Below are positions 30,008-39,162 of a stretch of 64,000 bases of DNA, in pieces. The stretch's first letter is position 1, and every line of letters begins with the position of its first letter. The stretch spans positions 93,797-157,796 of the forward strand of contig JBCCEA010000004.1 in NCBI GenBank assembly GCA_039030515.1. Direction: 5' to 3'. The notes beneath the pieces were generated by a model that worked only from the letters and a program-made list of their open reading frames with translations, had not been told where the DNA came from and searched no databases. This DNA comes from Myxococcota bacterium. Lineage in GTDB: Bacteria > Myxococcota_A > Polyangia > Polyangiales > Houyiibacteriaceae. The position numbers and the translations under genes were made by a program.

Positions 30008-32467
30008 CTAGGTCGGCCGGACGAGCGCAAGAAGCGCTCCGATGCGATCTTCGTAATCTATCGGGTCTTCTCGCACAACGGACGCATGAAGCTCTTCCAG
30101 CGCCGAACGAAGCCGCCCAATGGTTCCGGCGTCTCTTCTGGCCCTCGATTCCTCGAGGTTTCGGCTGCGGGATGCGAGCTGGGATTCAAACGAACGACGG
30201 GCCTCTCGTTCATGCAGCAGGTCCTCATCGAGCCGAGACACGCGCTCCTGCATTTCGAGAAGCTCTCGATTGAGCTCTTCCGTATCTTCGTCATGCTCAG
30301 GGACCTCACTGAAGCGACGTTCCAGGGAGGCGATTCGGTGATTTTTCTCTTCGAGCTCCACGGTCAAAGAACGAAGCGTCGTCTCCCGATCTGCATGCTC
30401 TTGCTCGAGAACATGGTTCCGCTGTCGCAGAGAGTCGATGTCTCCACTTTCTCTCTGTAGTGTAGAAACCTGCTCACGAAGGCGGGAGAGTTCCTCTTCG
30501 ACAGAGGAATCTGCACGTTCGCGTAGACTCTGCTCCGGCGGTCCGTGCTCCTGATATCTCTGTTCTTCTGCAGCCGCGGACTCCAGACCTATCGAGCCAA
30601 ACTCTCCGAGGGAGAGCTGAGGGTCTAGGCTGGGCGATTGAAGCAATAACGAGAGAGACGCACGCGACTCCACCAGAGCAGATACCGCGTCATCTCGGTG
30701 CTGACGCAAAAGCTCGAACTCGGAAGGATCAGGACGCTCTGCCAACTCCTCGCGAAGCCCCATAACTTCTTCGCGCTCCTTTTGCAGCAAGCCCTCGAGC
30801 GCGGCATCAGCAGACGGTGGATTCACAGATTCAGACCGATTCGCCTGCACAAAAGAAGACCGCTCTCGGTCGCGTAGACGAAGGCGAAGGCCCTGGAGCT
30901 CACCCTCCATGCCGGCAATGCGTTCATTGGTCTGCGTGAGCTCTTTGGATCGCGGAGCCCGCTGCCATGCCCGCGACAAATCCGACTGTAGTTCTGAGAT
31001 CCGCTGCAGAAAACCTCTTCTGCTGCCGGCGAGTCGAAGCTCGACAGCCGCTTTTTCTTCCTCTTGTTTGCGCAACATTTCTTCGACGTTGCGACCGCGG
31101 ATCGTTTCCAACTCCAACCGCGAGTCCGACTCGTGCAAAGTCGCCTGAAGCTCTTCCAGTCGACGCGCAACCTCGGTCAGCTCAGACCTCGCTTGATCCA
31201 GCGCGCTGCCCTTGGCTCCTAGCAGTTTTTCCAGCTCCGCATTGCGAGCCTTAAGTCCTTGGTTGGCCCCATCGAGCTCCGCTTCCCGGCGCTGCCACGA
31301 TTGCGTGGCCTCAGTCGGCATGGCCTTGGCCCGAACCTCATCGAGCTGGTAGGAGATTTCTACGCGTTCTGCCTCGGCCTTCACCGCACGCTGCGTGGCC
31401 TGCTCCAGGAGAAGGCCCTGAGAGCCATCGGCCCAAGCCCTGCGCTCTTCCAGCAGATCTCGAACCAGAGTCCCCCGACGCTCCAACTCGTGGCGCAGCG
31501 ACTTATTGGAACGAACCTGATCGGCGAAAGAACCCTCCATCTTCAGGTAGGCGGCGTGGGCAGATGCCAACTCTGCATCGTCCTTATGCTCTTCCAGTTG
31601 CTGGCGTAGCCGAGATGACTGCTTCTCCTGATCGGCCACCGCACATTCGAGGGATTCGGCATGCTCGTGAGCCGCATCGAGTTCCAAGCGAAGTTCGTCG
31701 AGCTGCGCACGCAGGTCCTCAACTTCATGTCCGCGCGCCAAAGCGTGATCCTTCTGAACTGGCTTTGGCTCAGGTTGGGCAGCGGTCGAAACCGGAGCAG
31801 CGGTCGAACCCTGCACGGCGGTCGAACCCTGAACTATGGTAAACGCAGGAAACTGAGGTGGTGCTCCGGCAGACCCAAAGCCCAAGTACCAAAGCGGGTC
31901 GGGCACCGTTTCCGCGAGACTGCCGTCGACCACAACCTCGCGCACCGACGTTTCGCGAAAGGGAGCGATCGCGTGACCATCGAACGCGGAAACGCCGGCC
32001 GCTTCGACATTCCATCGATCCCCCTCGGTAAGAAGACCCCAAAAATCTTCGAAACTGAGGGTTTCTGCCGCATTCGGCCCGCGAGTCCCAGCGACCACCA
32101 AGCCGTCTCCGGCAGCGCGCCGCAACTCACGAAAGCGATCGCTTCGCTCTGCACCGTCGAACACGTCTAAGTCGGGTATCACGACCAGCTCGAAACTGCC
32201 CTCGCGGAACCCAAGTCGACCGGGCCTTAGGGCGGAAACCCGCAGCCGGTCTGAACTCTGCCCCCTACGAGTCGAACGCAAACCTTGATTCGAACGCAAA
32301 CTTTGATTCGAACGCAAACCCTGAGTCGGATCGAGGCAGCGAACGCTCCTCGCGATCTCCGCCAGCGTTCGGACTCCTGCGCGTGAAGGTCCTATCCAAA
32401 GGACTCGACGGGATGCAGACAGATCACTGAGATACGTGGCAAGCGCACGCTCGAGGCGTTGTTCCAT
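30008..32467 (-). CDS. Long coiled-coil protein with degenerate SAM-methyltransferase-like N-terminus
   Basis: RVLWIG...RCLD...FREGSFELVV at the N-terminus, then over 500 aa of E/R/L/Q-rich heptads. Start is ATG 32467; the ORF extends to 32518. Confidence 0.7.
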   Translation of the reverse strand: MEQRLERALATYLSDLSASRRVLWIGPSRAGVRTLAEIARSVRCLDPTQGLRSNQSLRSNQGLRSTRRGQSSDRLRVSALRPGRLGFREGSFELVVIPDLDVFDGAERSDRFRELRRAAGDGLVVAGTRGPNAAETLSFEDFWGLLTEGDRWNVEAAGVSAFDGHAIAPFRETSVREVVVDGSLAETVPDPLWYLGFGSAGAPPQFPAFTIVQGSTAVQGSTAAPVSTAAQPEPKPVQKDHALARGHEVEDLRAQLDELRLELDAAHEHAESLECAVADQEKQSSRLRQQLEEHKDDAELASAHAAYLKMEGSFADQVRSNKSLRHELERRGTLVRDLLEERRAWADGSQGLLLEQATQRAVKAEAERVEISYQLDEVRAKAMPTEATQSWQRREAELDGANQGLKARNAELEKLLGAKGSALDQARSELTEVARRLEELQATLHESDSRLELETIRGRNVEEMLRKQEEEKAAVELRLAGSRRGFLQRISELQSDLSRAWQRAPRSKELTQTNERIAGMEGELQGLRLRLRDRERSSFVQANRSESVNPPSADAALEGLLQKEREEVMGLREELAERPDPSEFELLRQHRDDAVSALVESRASLSLLLQSPSLDPQLSLGEFGSIGLESAAAEEQRYQEHGPPEQSLRERADSSVEEELSRLREQVSTLQRESGDIDSLRQRNHVLEQEHADRETTLRSLTVELEEKNHRIASLERRFSEVPEHDEDTEELNRELLEMQERVSRLDEDLLHEREARRSFESQLASRSRNLEESRARRDAGTIGRLRSALEELHASVVREDPIDYEDRIGALLALVRPT
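31779..31832. repeat. In-frame 18-bp x3 imperfect tandem repeat
   Basis: Core gcggtcgaa recurs every 18 bp; encodes QGSTAV/QGSTAA/PVSTAA. Confidence 0.8.
32272..32325. repeat. In-frame 18-bp x3 tandem repeat
   Basis: tcgaacgcaaacYYtgaK x3; encodes QGLRSN/QSLRSN/QGLRST. Confidence 0.88.
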
Positions 32468-32597
32468 GGTTCCTGACACAGGCGTCGTCACTATAGTCGG
32501 CGCACAAGCCTCAGCCAACGTTCGACATGGCTCACCGAAAGAATTTGATCAGAGCGACACCAGAGCAACGCCAAATGAATCGGTCTACACTGTGCAC

Positions 32598-35549
32598 GTG
32601 ACGAAGCGTAACGTCCGCAGGTACCTCAAACGTTTGCGACGGCGGGCGCTTCTCTTTCGATGCATCCAAGCACTGATCGCGGGATCCTCGACGGGCCTGG
32701 TTTTGTTCGCCGCAGCGTCTTTTGCCATCGGCCCAGTCGCTTCCGAGCATGCAGTGATCCTGACCTGGATCGGTCTTGGAGCGACAACCGGACTGGTAAG
32801 CCTTGGGCAAGTGCTCCCCGCCATCGCTCTAAAATCCACAAAAGCAGCGCACCTTCTCGCAAGCACGACATTCGAGGGCCGTTCGATCGAATCTGCGGTC
32901 AGGAGCGCAGCGGAGATCGAGAAGCAACAGGTCTTGAGCGCAGACAATTCGAGCGAACTCGCCCGAGCGCACCACCAACGCGTATTGAAGCAACTGGATC
33001 AAATCCCCACTTCGTCCGTTCTGCCATGGACGACGCTGAAGCAACCGAAAGTCGCTGGATACCTCGCAGCGCTGACCATCGCGGCAGCCCTTTTGACCGC
33101 CTCCGACCGAACGGCTTCCGGTGCGTTTGCTCTGACCCATGCGACGGCGACGCTCCAAAACGAAATGGCGATTGCGGATGTAGTGCGCACATTCGACGTC
33201 GAACTGACTTTTCCCGCCTATCATCGACGTCCTCCACTTGAGCTGCACGACCCGAACGCGATCTTTGGACCCGAAGGAACCAGTGTTGCCGTGCGGGTGG
33301 TCACTCGCGTGGCGTCTCGAGCCGCCAAACTCAAGCTGGGCACAGAGGAACGCTCGCTCCAGAACGTATCCCCGTTCACCTACGAGGGATCTTTTGTTCT
33401 AAAGCATGATCAGTTACTTCGAACCTACCTCGAGTCCTCCGAGAGCGGTTGGCTGGCAGAAGCCCGTGAGCGACGGATCGAAGTCGAGTCAGATCCTCCA
33501 CCGGTCGTGCGGTTAAGCGCTCCGAGTGCGGATGTTCTGCTCGAGAGCCCGAATGACACTATCGATGTAATTTTCGAAGCAGAAGACGAGATCGGCCTTT
33601 CAGATGTGTCGGTTGTCGTGCGGCTCGAAGACGGTTCAGAACATCGAGCCTACGATCAAAGCTTCGAGATCACGCCGCCTCGACACAGTTACGAAAAGGC
33701 GCTTTCCCTTCGTCTTGACGTGCTCGATCTGGAGCCGGGAGACGAGATCACGCTTCGTGTGGAAGCACGCGACCACAATCGAATCCGAGGCCCTTCGGTC
33801 GGACGTTCTGAAGAGCGGACGATTCGAATCGCCTCAGAGCGCACCCGCCGCATGAGGATGCTGCGCTCTTTTGCCTCCTTGGTGGACCAGGGCGTACATG
33901 TCTTGGCCGACCGACTCGAAAAGGATGTGCCGTCTCCGCTTGCCGAAAGCATGGAGCGCGCAAGGAGCCTACGCCGAGCCACACTGGAGTTCTCCAAGGC
34001 CATGGAGACCCTGGCTTTGGACCACCAACCCTCGTTTCGTCCCGCCAGAAGGTCGGAGAACCTTCTGCGTTTGCAGGCTAGAGAAGCAGCGGCGCATCGG
34101 CACTCCGCTTCGTTCGAGCGACGCAAGCAGGTAAACCAAAACATCATAGAAGCCCTCGAGGACACCGCTGTCGAACTGAAGGACGCGCTGGAACACGCTC
34201 GCAGAGAGGACGCCGCGGGGCTTGCAAGAGAGCTGGAACAAATTCGAAAGACGATGGCTTCTTTGCTGGCCGAACTTAGGCGAACCGATAGCGCGGAGGT
34301 GCGGCAGGCGCTGCGTTCCGCTCTCTCCGATGCAGAGGCGCGCATGCACGAGCTTTCGGCACGCATTGCGGCTACGGGAGAGCACGTTCCTCAGGAGTTT
34401 CTCAATCAGGCGCGAGACGTCTCGATGCAGACTCAACTCGACGCAATACAGAAGATGCGCGTGGCGCTGGGCGAAAACGACCTCGAAGAAGCCGCGCGTC
34501 ACCTACGCGACCTCGGGCACAAGATTCGTCAGCTGGCGGGCGCCCTCGGCACTGCCGAAACGGAATTTGCACAAGAGCGCTTCGGCCCCGAACGACAAGC
34601 GAGGGCTGAAGCACTCGACACTCTAGCCGGTCTCGAAGCCGAGCAGCACGCGCTGGCGAGACGATCTTCCGAGACCCGTCGATCTGCCGCAGACCGAGCC
34701 CTCAGGTCGACGAAGGGACGAGGCGGTAGGAACGCACGGAGACTTGCGCGCCGTTCTGAATCCCTACGCGACAGCTTGTTGAAGATCGCACCGCGCGATC
34801 TTCACGCACTCGAACGAGAAACCCTCAGGCGCGCGCGACAAAGACTCCTAGACAGCGTCGATGCCGTCTCAACCTCAGACTTCGGCGAGGCACGCCAGAT
34901 GATGACCGAGACCGTGCGCGAGCTCGAAAACCTATCGAGAGAGCTCGACCGGGCCGCGCTGATGTTCCCTGGCGCCGATGGACGTATGGCCCGAGTCGCT
35001 CAAGCCAGCGAGCACGCAGAGCAGGTCGCGCGTGAGCTCCAGTACGAACTCGATGGGCTCATCCCAGATCTTCGTGATTTCGTCGACGAACAAGGAAGAC
35101 GCCAACTAGAAACGGATACCTCTCGTCAGGATCGAGTTCGGCAAAGCTCCGCGAGACTCGCCGACCTTATGGAGCATGGCCCCGACGGCACGCCCCTCAT
35201 CGATGAAGGCGCAGCGAATCTACACGATGCGATACAGTCGATGCAGCAAGGTAAAAAAGCGCTGCATGAACGCAATCCACTCGACTCCAGTCGCCATCAA
35301 GAACATGCTGCACGCCGTCTTACCGAACTTCGTGAACTGCTCGAACGCGCTCAAAGATCGAAGGGTCAGAACGATAGAGCGCGCGGCTCCACTTCAAGCA
35401 TAGAGGCTCGGCGGGTGGAGATTCCATCAGCTGAAGAACATAGCGGCCCCGTGGAACTGCGCCGACGGATCCTCGACGCGATGCGCGAATCCCCACCGGC
35501 GGGCTGGGAAGCTTCGGTAGAGAGCTACTACGAGGAACTGCTGCGATGA
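32598..35549 (+). CDS. DUF4175-like membrane-anchored protein (TM helices, Ig-like domains, long coiled coil)
   Basis: Three N-terminal hydrophobic segments; FPAY; DPPPVV..P; AEDEIGL; LEPGD...VEARD; C-terminal VESYYEELLR. Start is uncertain (ORF from 32436). Confidence 0.72.
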   Translation: MTKRNVRRYLKRLRRRALLFRCIQALIAGSSTGLVLFAAASFAIGPVASEHAVILTWIGLGATTGLVSLGQVLPAIALKSTKAAHLLASTTFEGRSIESAVRSAAEIEKQQVLSADNSSELARAHHQRVLKQLDQIPTSSVLPWTTLKQPKVAGYLAALTIAAALLTASDRTASGAFALTHATATLQNEMAIADVVRTFDVELTFPAYHRRPPLELHDPNAIFGPEGTSVAVRVVTRVASRAAKLKLGTEERSLQNVSPFTYEGSFVLKHDQLLRTYLESSESGWLAEARERRIEVESDPPPVVRLSAPSADVLLESPNDTIDVIFEAEDEIGLSDVSVVVRLEDGSEHRAYDQSFEITPPRHSYEKALSLRLDVLDLEPGDEITLRVEARDHNRIRGPSVGRSEERTIRIASERTRRMRMLRSFASLVDQGVHVLADRLEKDVPSPLAESMERARSLRRATLEFSKAMETLALDHQPSFRPARRSENLLRLQAREAAAHRHSASFERRKQVNQNIIEALEDTAVELKDALEHARREDAAGLARELEQIRKTMASLLAELRRTDSAEVRQALRSALSDAEARMHELSARIAATGEHVPQEFLNQARDVSMQTQLDAIQKMRVALGENDLEEAARHLRDLGHKIRQLAGALGTAETEFAQERFGPERQARAEALDTLAGLEAEQHALARRSSETRRSAADRALRSTKGRGGRNARRLARRSESLRDSLLKIAPRDLHALERETLRRARQRLLDSVDAVSTSDFGEARQMMTETVRELENLSRELDRAALMFPGADGRMARVAQASEHAEQVARELQYELDGLIPDLRDFVDEQGRRQLETDTSRQDRVRQSSARLADLMEHGPDGTPLIDEGAANLHDAIQSMQQGKKALHERNPLDSSRHQEHAARRLTELRELLERAQRSKGQNDRARGSTSSIEARRVEIPSAEEHSGPVELRRRILDAMRESPPAGWEASVESYYEELLR

Positions 35550-37126
35550 GTTGGAACGCCGCAAGGCTCATAGGCCTGACCGCGCTGCTCTTATCGCGAC
35601 CCGCCACTGCGATGCCGGAAAGCGAGGAGGACCGCCTGCTTGTCGAGCAGGCATGGATCGCGACATCGGAGCTGCGTCTTGCGGACGCGTCCGAAGCACT
35701 CGAACGCATCAAGCCAAGGTGGGAGCGCGATCCCGATGTGCAAAAGACCCATGCGCTCCTTGCTTACCAGCTCGGAAACTACGACGAAGCACTAAAGCAC
35801 GCGTCGGCTAGCCTGCAAGCGCGCCCCGGCGACCCAGAAGTAATCGAACTGCGCACCTTATTCAGTTCGACTGCAACGACCACCAGCAGCTTTGTATCGA
35901 AGACGTCCACGAACGGACGGTTTCAGGTTTCCCACAAACCAGGATCCTCTGCGCTCCTAGTGCCCTACGCGCTCGAAGCGATGCAGTCCGCCGATCGGAT
36001 GCTGTCCGATCTATTCGGGACGCATATCGAAGGCCCGATACGTCTCGAGATTTACGAGTCACCTTCTGTGCTCGCCAGTGTCTCCTCACTGACCGAGGAG
36101 GCTATCTTGCGCACCGGCACGATCGCCTTGTGCAAATGGAACCGTCTCATGGTGACCTCTCCTCGTGCCCTGCTCCGTGGCTACCCCTGGATGGATACGA
36201 TCGCCCACGAGTATGTTCACCTCATCCTTTCTCATCTGTCTCGAGATCGAGCTCCCGTATGGTTTCAAGAGGGAGTCGCCAAATTTCTCGAGCGAACATG
36301 GCGCGGAGAGCCTCCTGCAGCCCGTCTTGAGCCAGCTGCTGAGGCGCTGCTTCGTGCCGCCTCACGTGGCGATCGACTCATTGCCTTCAGCGCGCTCCAC
36401 CCGTCGATAGCGCTTCTTCCATCGCAGGAGGATGCGGCATTGGCCTTCGCCCAAGTCGCCACCTTCATCGAAGGATTCTATGAACGCCATCAGAGTGCCG
36501 GCCTGCGTCAGGCTGTGGTGCGCATCGCTGAAGGTCAAGATGCAAGGCAGGCTTTGGCGGCCGTCGCAAAGCGATCGTGGCACGCCCTTGAGCGGCGCTG
36601 GCGCGAGCGCATCCGAAGATTCTCGGACGCGTCACCTGGACGCACCCCAAGACTGCTCCCACGTCGGTTTCGTTTGAACACCGCAGCCGCAGATGACACC
36701 TCGGACATCGAGGTGAGACGGGCAGCCCGCTTCGTACGTATCGGAGACATGCTGTGGTCCAGGTCTCGCCCCGCCGCTGCAGCCATCGAGTACGAAAAAG
36801 CACTCGAGCTCGCTCCAAGCGATCCTATCGTGGCATCGCGTATGGCGCGTGCAGCGATCGCGGGAGGAAACCCGGCACGAGCCATGCGGGCCGCCGAGCG
36901 TGTCCACAGCCTCTATCCCGAACACGCACCGTCCTGGTCGGTCCTGGCGCAGGCACAGCTGGCGCTCGGCCGCTTGACTAGCGCCCGGGAATCGGCCCGA
37001 GAAGCGATTCGCCTCAACCCCTTCGACCCCGGCCCGCACTGCACGCTTGCCGAATCCGGAAGCTCCCCACAGGAACGGCAGCGAGAGCAGCAAAACTGTC
37101 TGCGCCTGAGAGAAAACGCGCGCTAA
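35546..37126 (+). CDS. Exported TPR protein with peptidase MA-like (gluzincin) domain
   Basis: Signal peptide; TPRs at both ends; AHEYVH plus PVWFQEGVA; ATGA overlap with the upstream gene. Confidence 0.82.
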   Translation: MSWNAARLIGLTALLLSRPATAMPESEEDRLLVEQAWIATSELRLADASEALERIKPRWERDPDVQKTHALLAYQLGNYDEALKHASASLQARPGDPEVIELRTLFSSTATTTSSFVSKTSTNGRFQVSHKPGSSALLVPYALEAMQSADRMLSDLFGTHIEGPIRLEIYESPSVLASVSSLTEEAILRTGTIALCKWNRLMVTSPRALLRGYPWMDTIAHEYVHLILSHLSRDRAPVWFQEGVAKFLERTWRGEPPAARLEPAAEALLRAASRGDRLIAFSALHPSIALLPSQEDAALAFAQVATFIEGFYERHQSAGLRQAVVRIAEGQDARQALAAVAKRSWHALERRWRERIRRFSDASPGRTPRLLPRRFRLNTAAADDTSDIEVRRAARFVRIGDMLWSRSRPAAAAIEYEKALELAPSDPIVASRMARAAIAGGNPARAMRAAERVHSLYPEHAPSWSVLAQAQLALGRLTSARESAREAIRLNPFDPGPHCTLAESGSSPQERQREQQNCLRLRENAR

Positions 37127-37140
37127 CTTTACGGTCTCCG

Positions 37141-38244
37141 ATGCATGATCATAATCCGCAGGAACACAAGACTTCGGAATTACAGACCTTGACCCAGACG
37201 TCTCCGCAAGAAACTCCGACTCGTCGCTCTGCCGATGAACACCCGGACGCTCCCACAATCGATGGCGACGCGGCTCGCGTTGATGCTCTGGCATCGATAC
37301 GCGTCAAGGTTGTACGCGAACTAAAAAAGAAGATCGTGGGACAGGAGCACGCCATAGAACTGCTTCTCATCTCTCTTTTCTCTAGGGGTCACGGACTATT
37401 TGTAGGCGTACCCGGGCTCGCAAAAACACTGCTTATTTCAACACTCGCGCAGGTTCTTTCCCTAAAATCCAACCGTATCCAGTTCACCCCGGACCTGATG
37501 CCCAGCGATATTACGGGAACCGATGTTCTTGAAGAGGATCCGGAAACCGGTCTGCGCCGCTTTCGATTCGTCGAAGGGCCGGCGTTTACCAACGTCTTGC
37601 TGGCGGACGAGATCAACCGAACGCCCCCCAAGACTCAGGCCGCACTTCTGCAGGCCATGGCCGAAGGTCGGGTAAGTGCAGGAGGGCGCACCTTTCCTTT
37701 GGACCAGCCCTACCTCGTCTTTGCAACCCAGAATCCACTCGAGCAGGAGGGGACCTACCCTCTGCCGGAAGCGCAATTGGACCGGTTTCTATTTCAAATC
37801 GACGTGCCCTACCCAGATGAAAACGAAGAAGTGGAAATCGTCAAAAGAACGACCGCGCCATCGTCAGGCGATCCCGTGCCGGCACTTTCGAAGGACCAAA
37901 TACTGGAGTTTCAGGAGCTGATCCCGAGGGTGCCCGCCACCGAACACGTGGTGCGGTACGCGGTGAAGCTGGTGCGTGCATCGCGGCCGGAAGAACGTAG
38001 CGCGCCGGATGCGATAGCGCGCTATCTCTCCTTCGGCGCTGGACCGCGCGCAAGCCAAGGCCTGGTCCTGGCAGCCAAGGCACGTGCAGTCTTGGATGGT
38101 CGCTATGCCGCCGAGGTCGAGGATATCCAGGCCCTCGCCCTACCCGTGCTGCGGCATCGATTGGTCCGCAACTTCAGAGCAGACGCGGAAGGATTCTCCA
38201 CCGCCGAACTCGTCCGAGCGATCCTCGAAGCCACCTCACCGTGA
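37141..38244 (+). CDS. moxR: MoxR-family AAA+ ATPase
   Basis: GVPGLAKT, RIQFTPDLMPSDITG, LADEINRTPPKTQAALL, ATQNPLEQEGTYPLPEAQLDRF. Confidence 0.95.
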   Translation: MHDHNPQEHKTSELQTLTQTSPQETPTRRSADEHPDAPTIDGDAARVDALASIRVKVVRELKKKIVGQEHAIELLLISLFSRGHGLFVGVPGLAKTLLISTLAQVLSLKSNRIQFTPDLMPSDITGTDVLEEDPETGLRRFRFVEGPAFTNVLLADEINRTPPKTQAALLQAMAEGRVSAGGRTFPLDQPYLVFATQNPLEQEGTYPLPEAQLDRFLFQIDVPYPDENEEVEIVKRTTAPSSGDPVPALSKDQILEFQELIPRVPATEHVVRYAVKLVRASRPEERSAPDAIARYLSFGAGPRASQGLVLAAKARAVLDGRYAAEVEDIQALALPVLRHRLVRNFRADAEGFSTAELVRAILEATSP

Positions 38245-39152
38245 GCGACGGTCCCGCAAAAAAGCTCGAGGTGGATCCTGGACTTGCAGGCCGAGTCTCC
38301 TCGCTTGCGTTGCGCGCTTCCAAAGCAGTCGATGGACTACTTGGTGGTTTGCATCGCAGTACCCATCGCGGTGCAAGCGTCGTCTTTATGGAGCACCGAG
38401 AATATCAGCCGGGAGACGATCCTCGTCTGCTCGACTGGCGGGCTTACGCACGGACCGACGAATATCTTATCAAAAGATTCGAGCAAGAATCGCAGTTGCG
38501 CGCGACGCTCGTTCTAGATCTTTCTGGATCAATGCAACATACCGCCAAGGAAGCCTCGCTAAGTAAACTCGATTATGCAGCGACTCTACTGGCTGCACTC
38601 GCTCTTGTGCTGTTTCGACAGGGGGATGCTGTAGGAGCACTCGCGTTTGACGATATCGTGCGCGCAACCCTTGCCGCTCGCTCCCGAGCCGATCAACTGG
38701 ATGCCATTTTTCGAACGCTAGCCCACCCTCCCCGTGCACATCGTGCAACTCATCTGCACACCGCACTCGGTCAGGTTGCAGAGCAAAGCGGAAGCAGGGG
38801 AGTCATCGCCATCGCAAGCGACCTAATCGATGTCGAACAAGATGCACTCGCACCGCTCGCTTACCTTACCGGACGGCAAAACCAGGTGCTGATCTTTCAT
38901 ACCTTAGGTAACGATGAACTGGAGTTTCCCTTTCATGGGCCGACTCGGTTTCTAGGTCTCGAATCAGAGCCCAGTGTCGAAGCGGACGCCGATCAACTAC
39001 GTGCTGGCTATCTCGACAACATGCACGAATTTCTCGACTCTCGCCGTAGGGCGTGCGCTGCGGCGGGAGCACACTACGTGCTGGCACGCACCGGCGCACC
39101 CGTTGAGGAGGTCCTCGCAACCGCGCTATCCAAAGCGAGTCTCCGCCGCTAG
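38241..39152 (+). CDS. DUF58 vWA-like protein
   Basis: GLHRS..RGASV.F.EHREYQPGDDPR.LDW, LDLSGSM; directly follows moxR. Confidence 0.9.
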   Translation: MSDGPAKKLEVDPGLAGRVSSLALRASKAVDGLLGGLHRSTHRGASVVFMEHREYQPGDDPRLLDWRAYARTDEYLIKRFEQESQLRATLVLDLSGSMQHTAKEASLSKLDYAATLLAALALVLFRQGDAVGALAFDDIVRATLAARSRADQLDAIFRTLAHPPRAHRATHLHTALGQVAEQSGSRGVIAIASDLIDVEQDALAPLAYLTGRQNQVLIFHTLGNDELEFPFHGPTRFLGLESEPSVEADADQLRAGYLDNMHEFLDSRRRACAAAGAHYVLARTGAPVEEVLATALSKASLRR

Positions 39153-39162
39153 GTTGTGGGCG

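Noticed and set aside
38974..39162. N-terminal extension of the BatA protein
   Set aside because: Overlaps the DUF58 gene; the BatA motif begins at ATG 39163.
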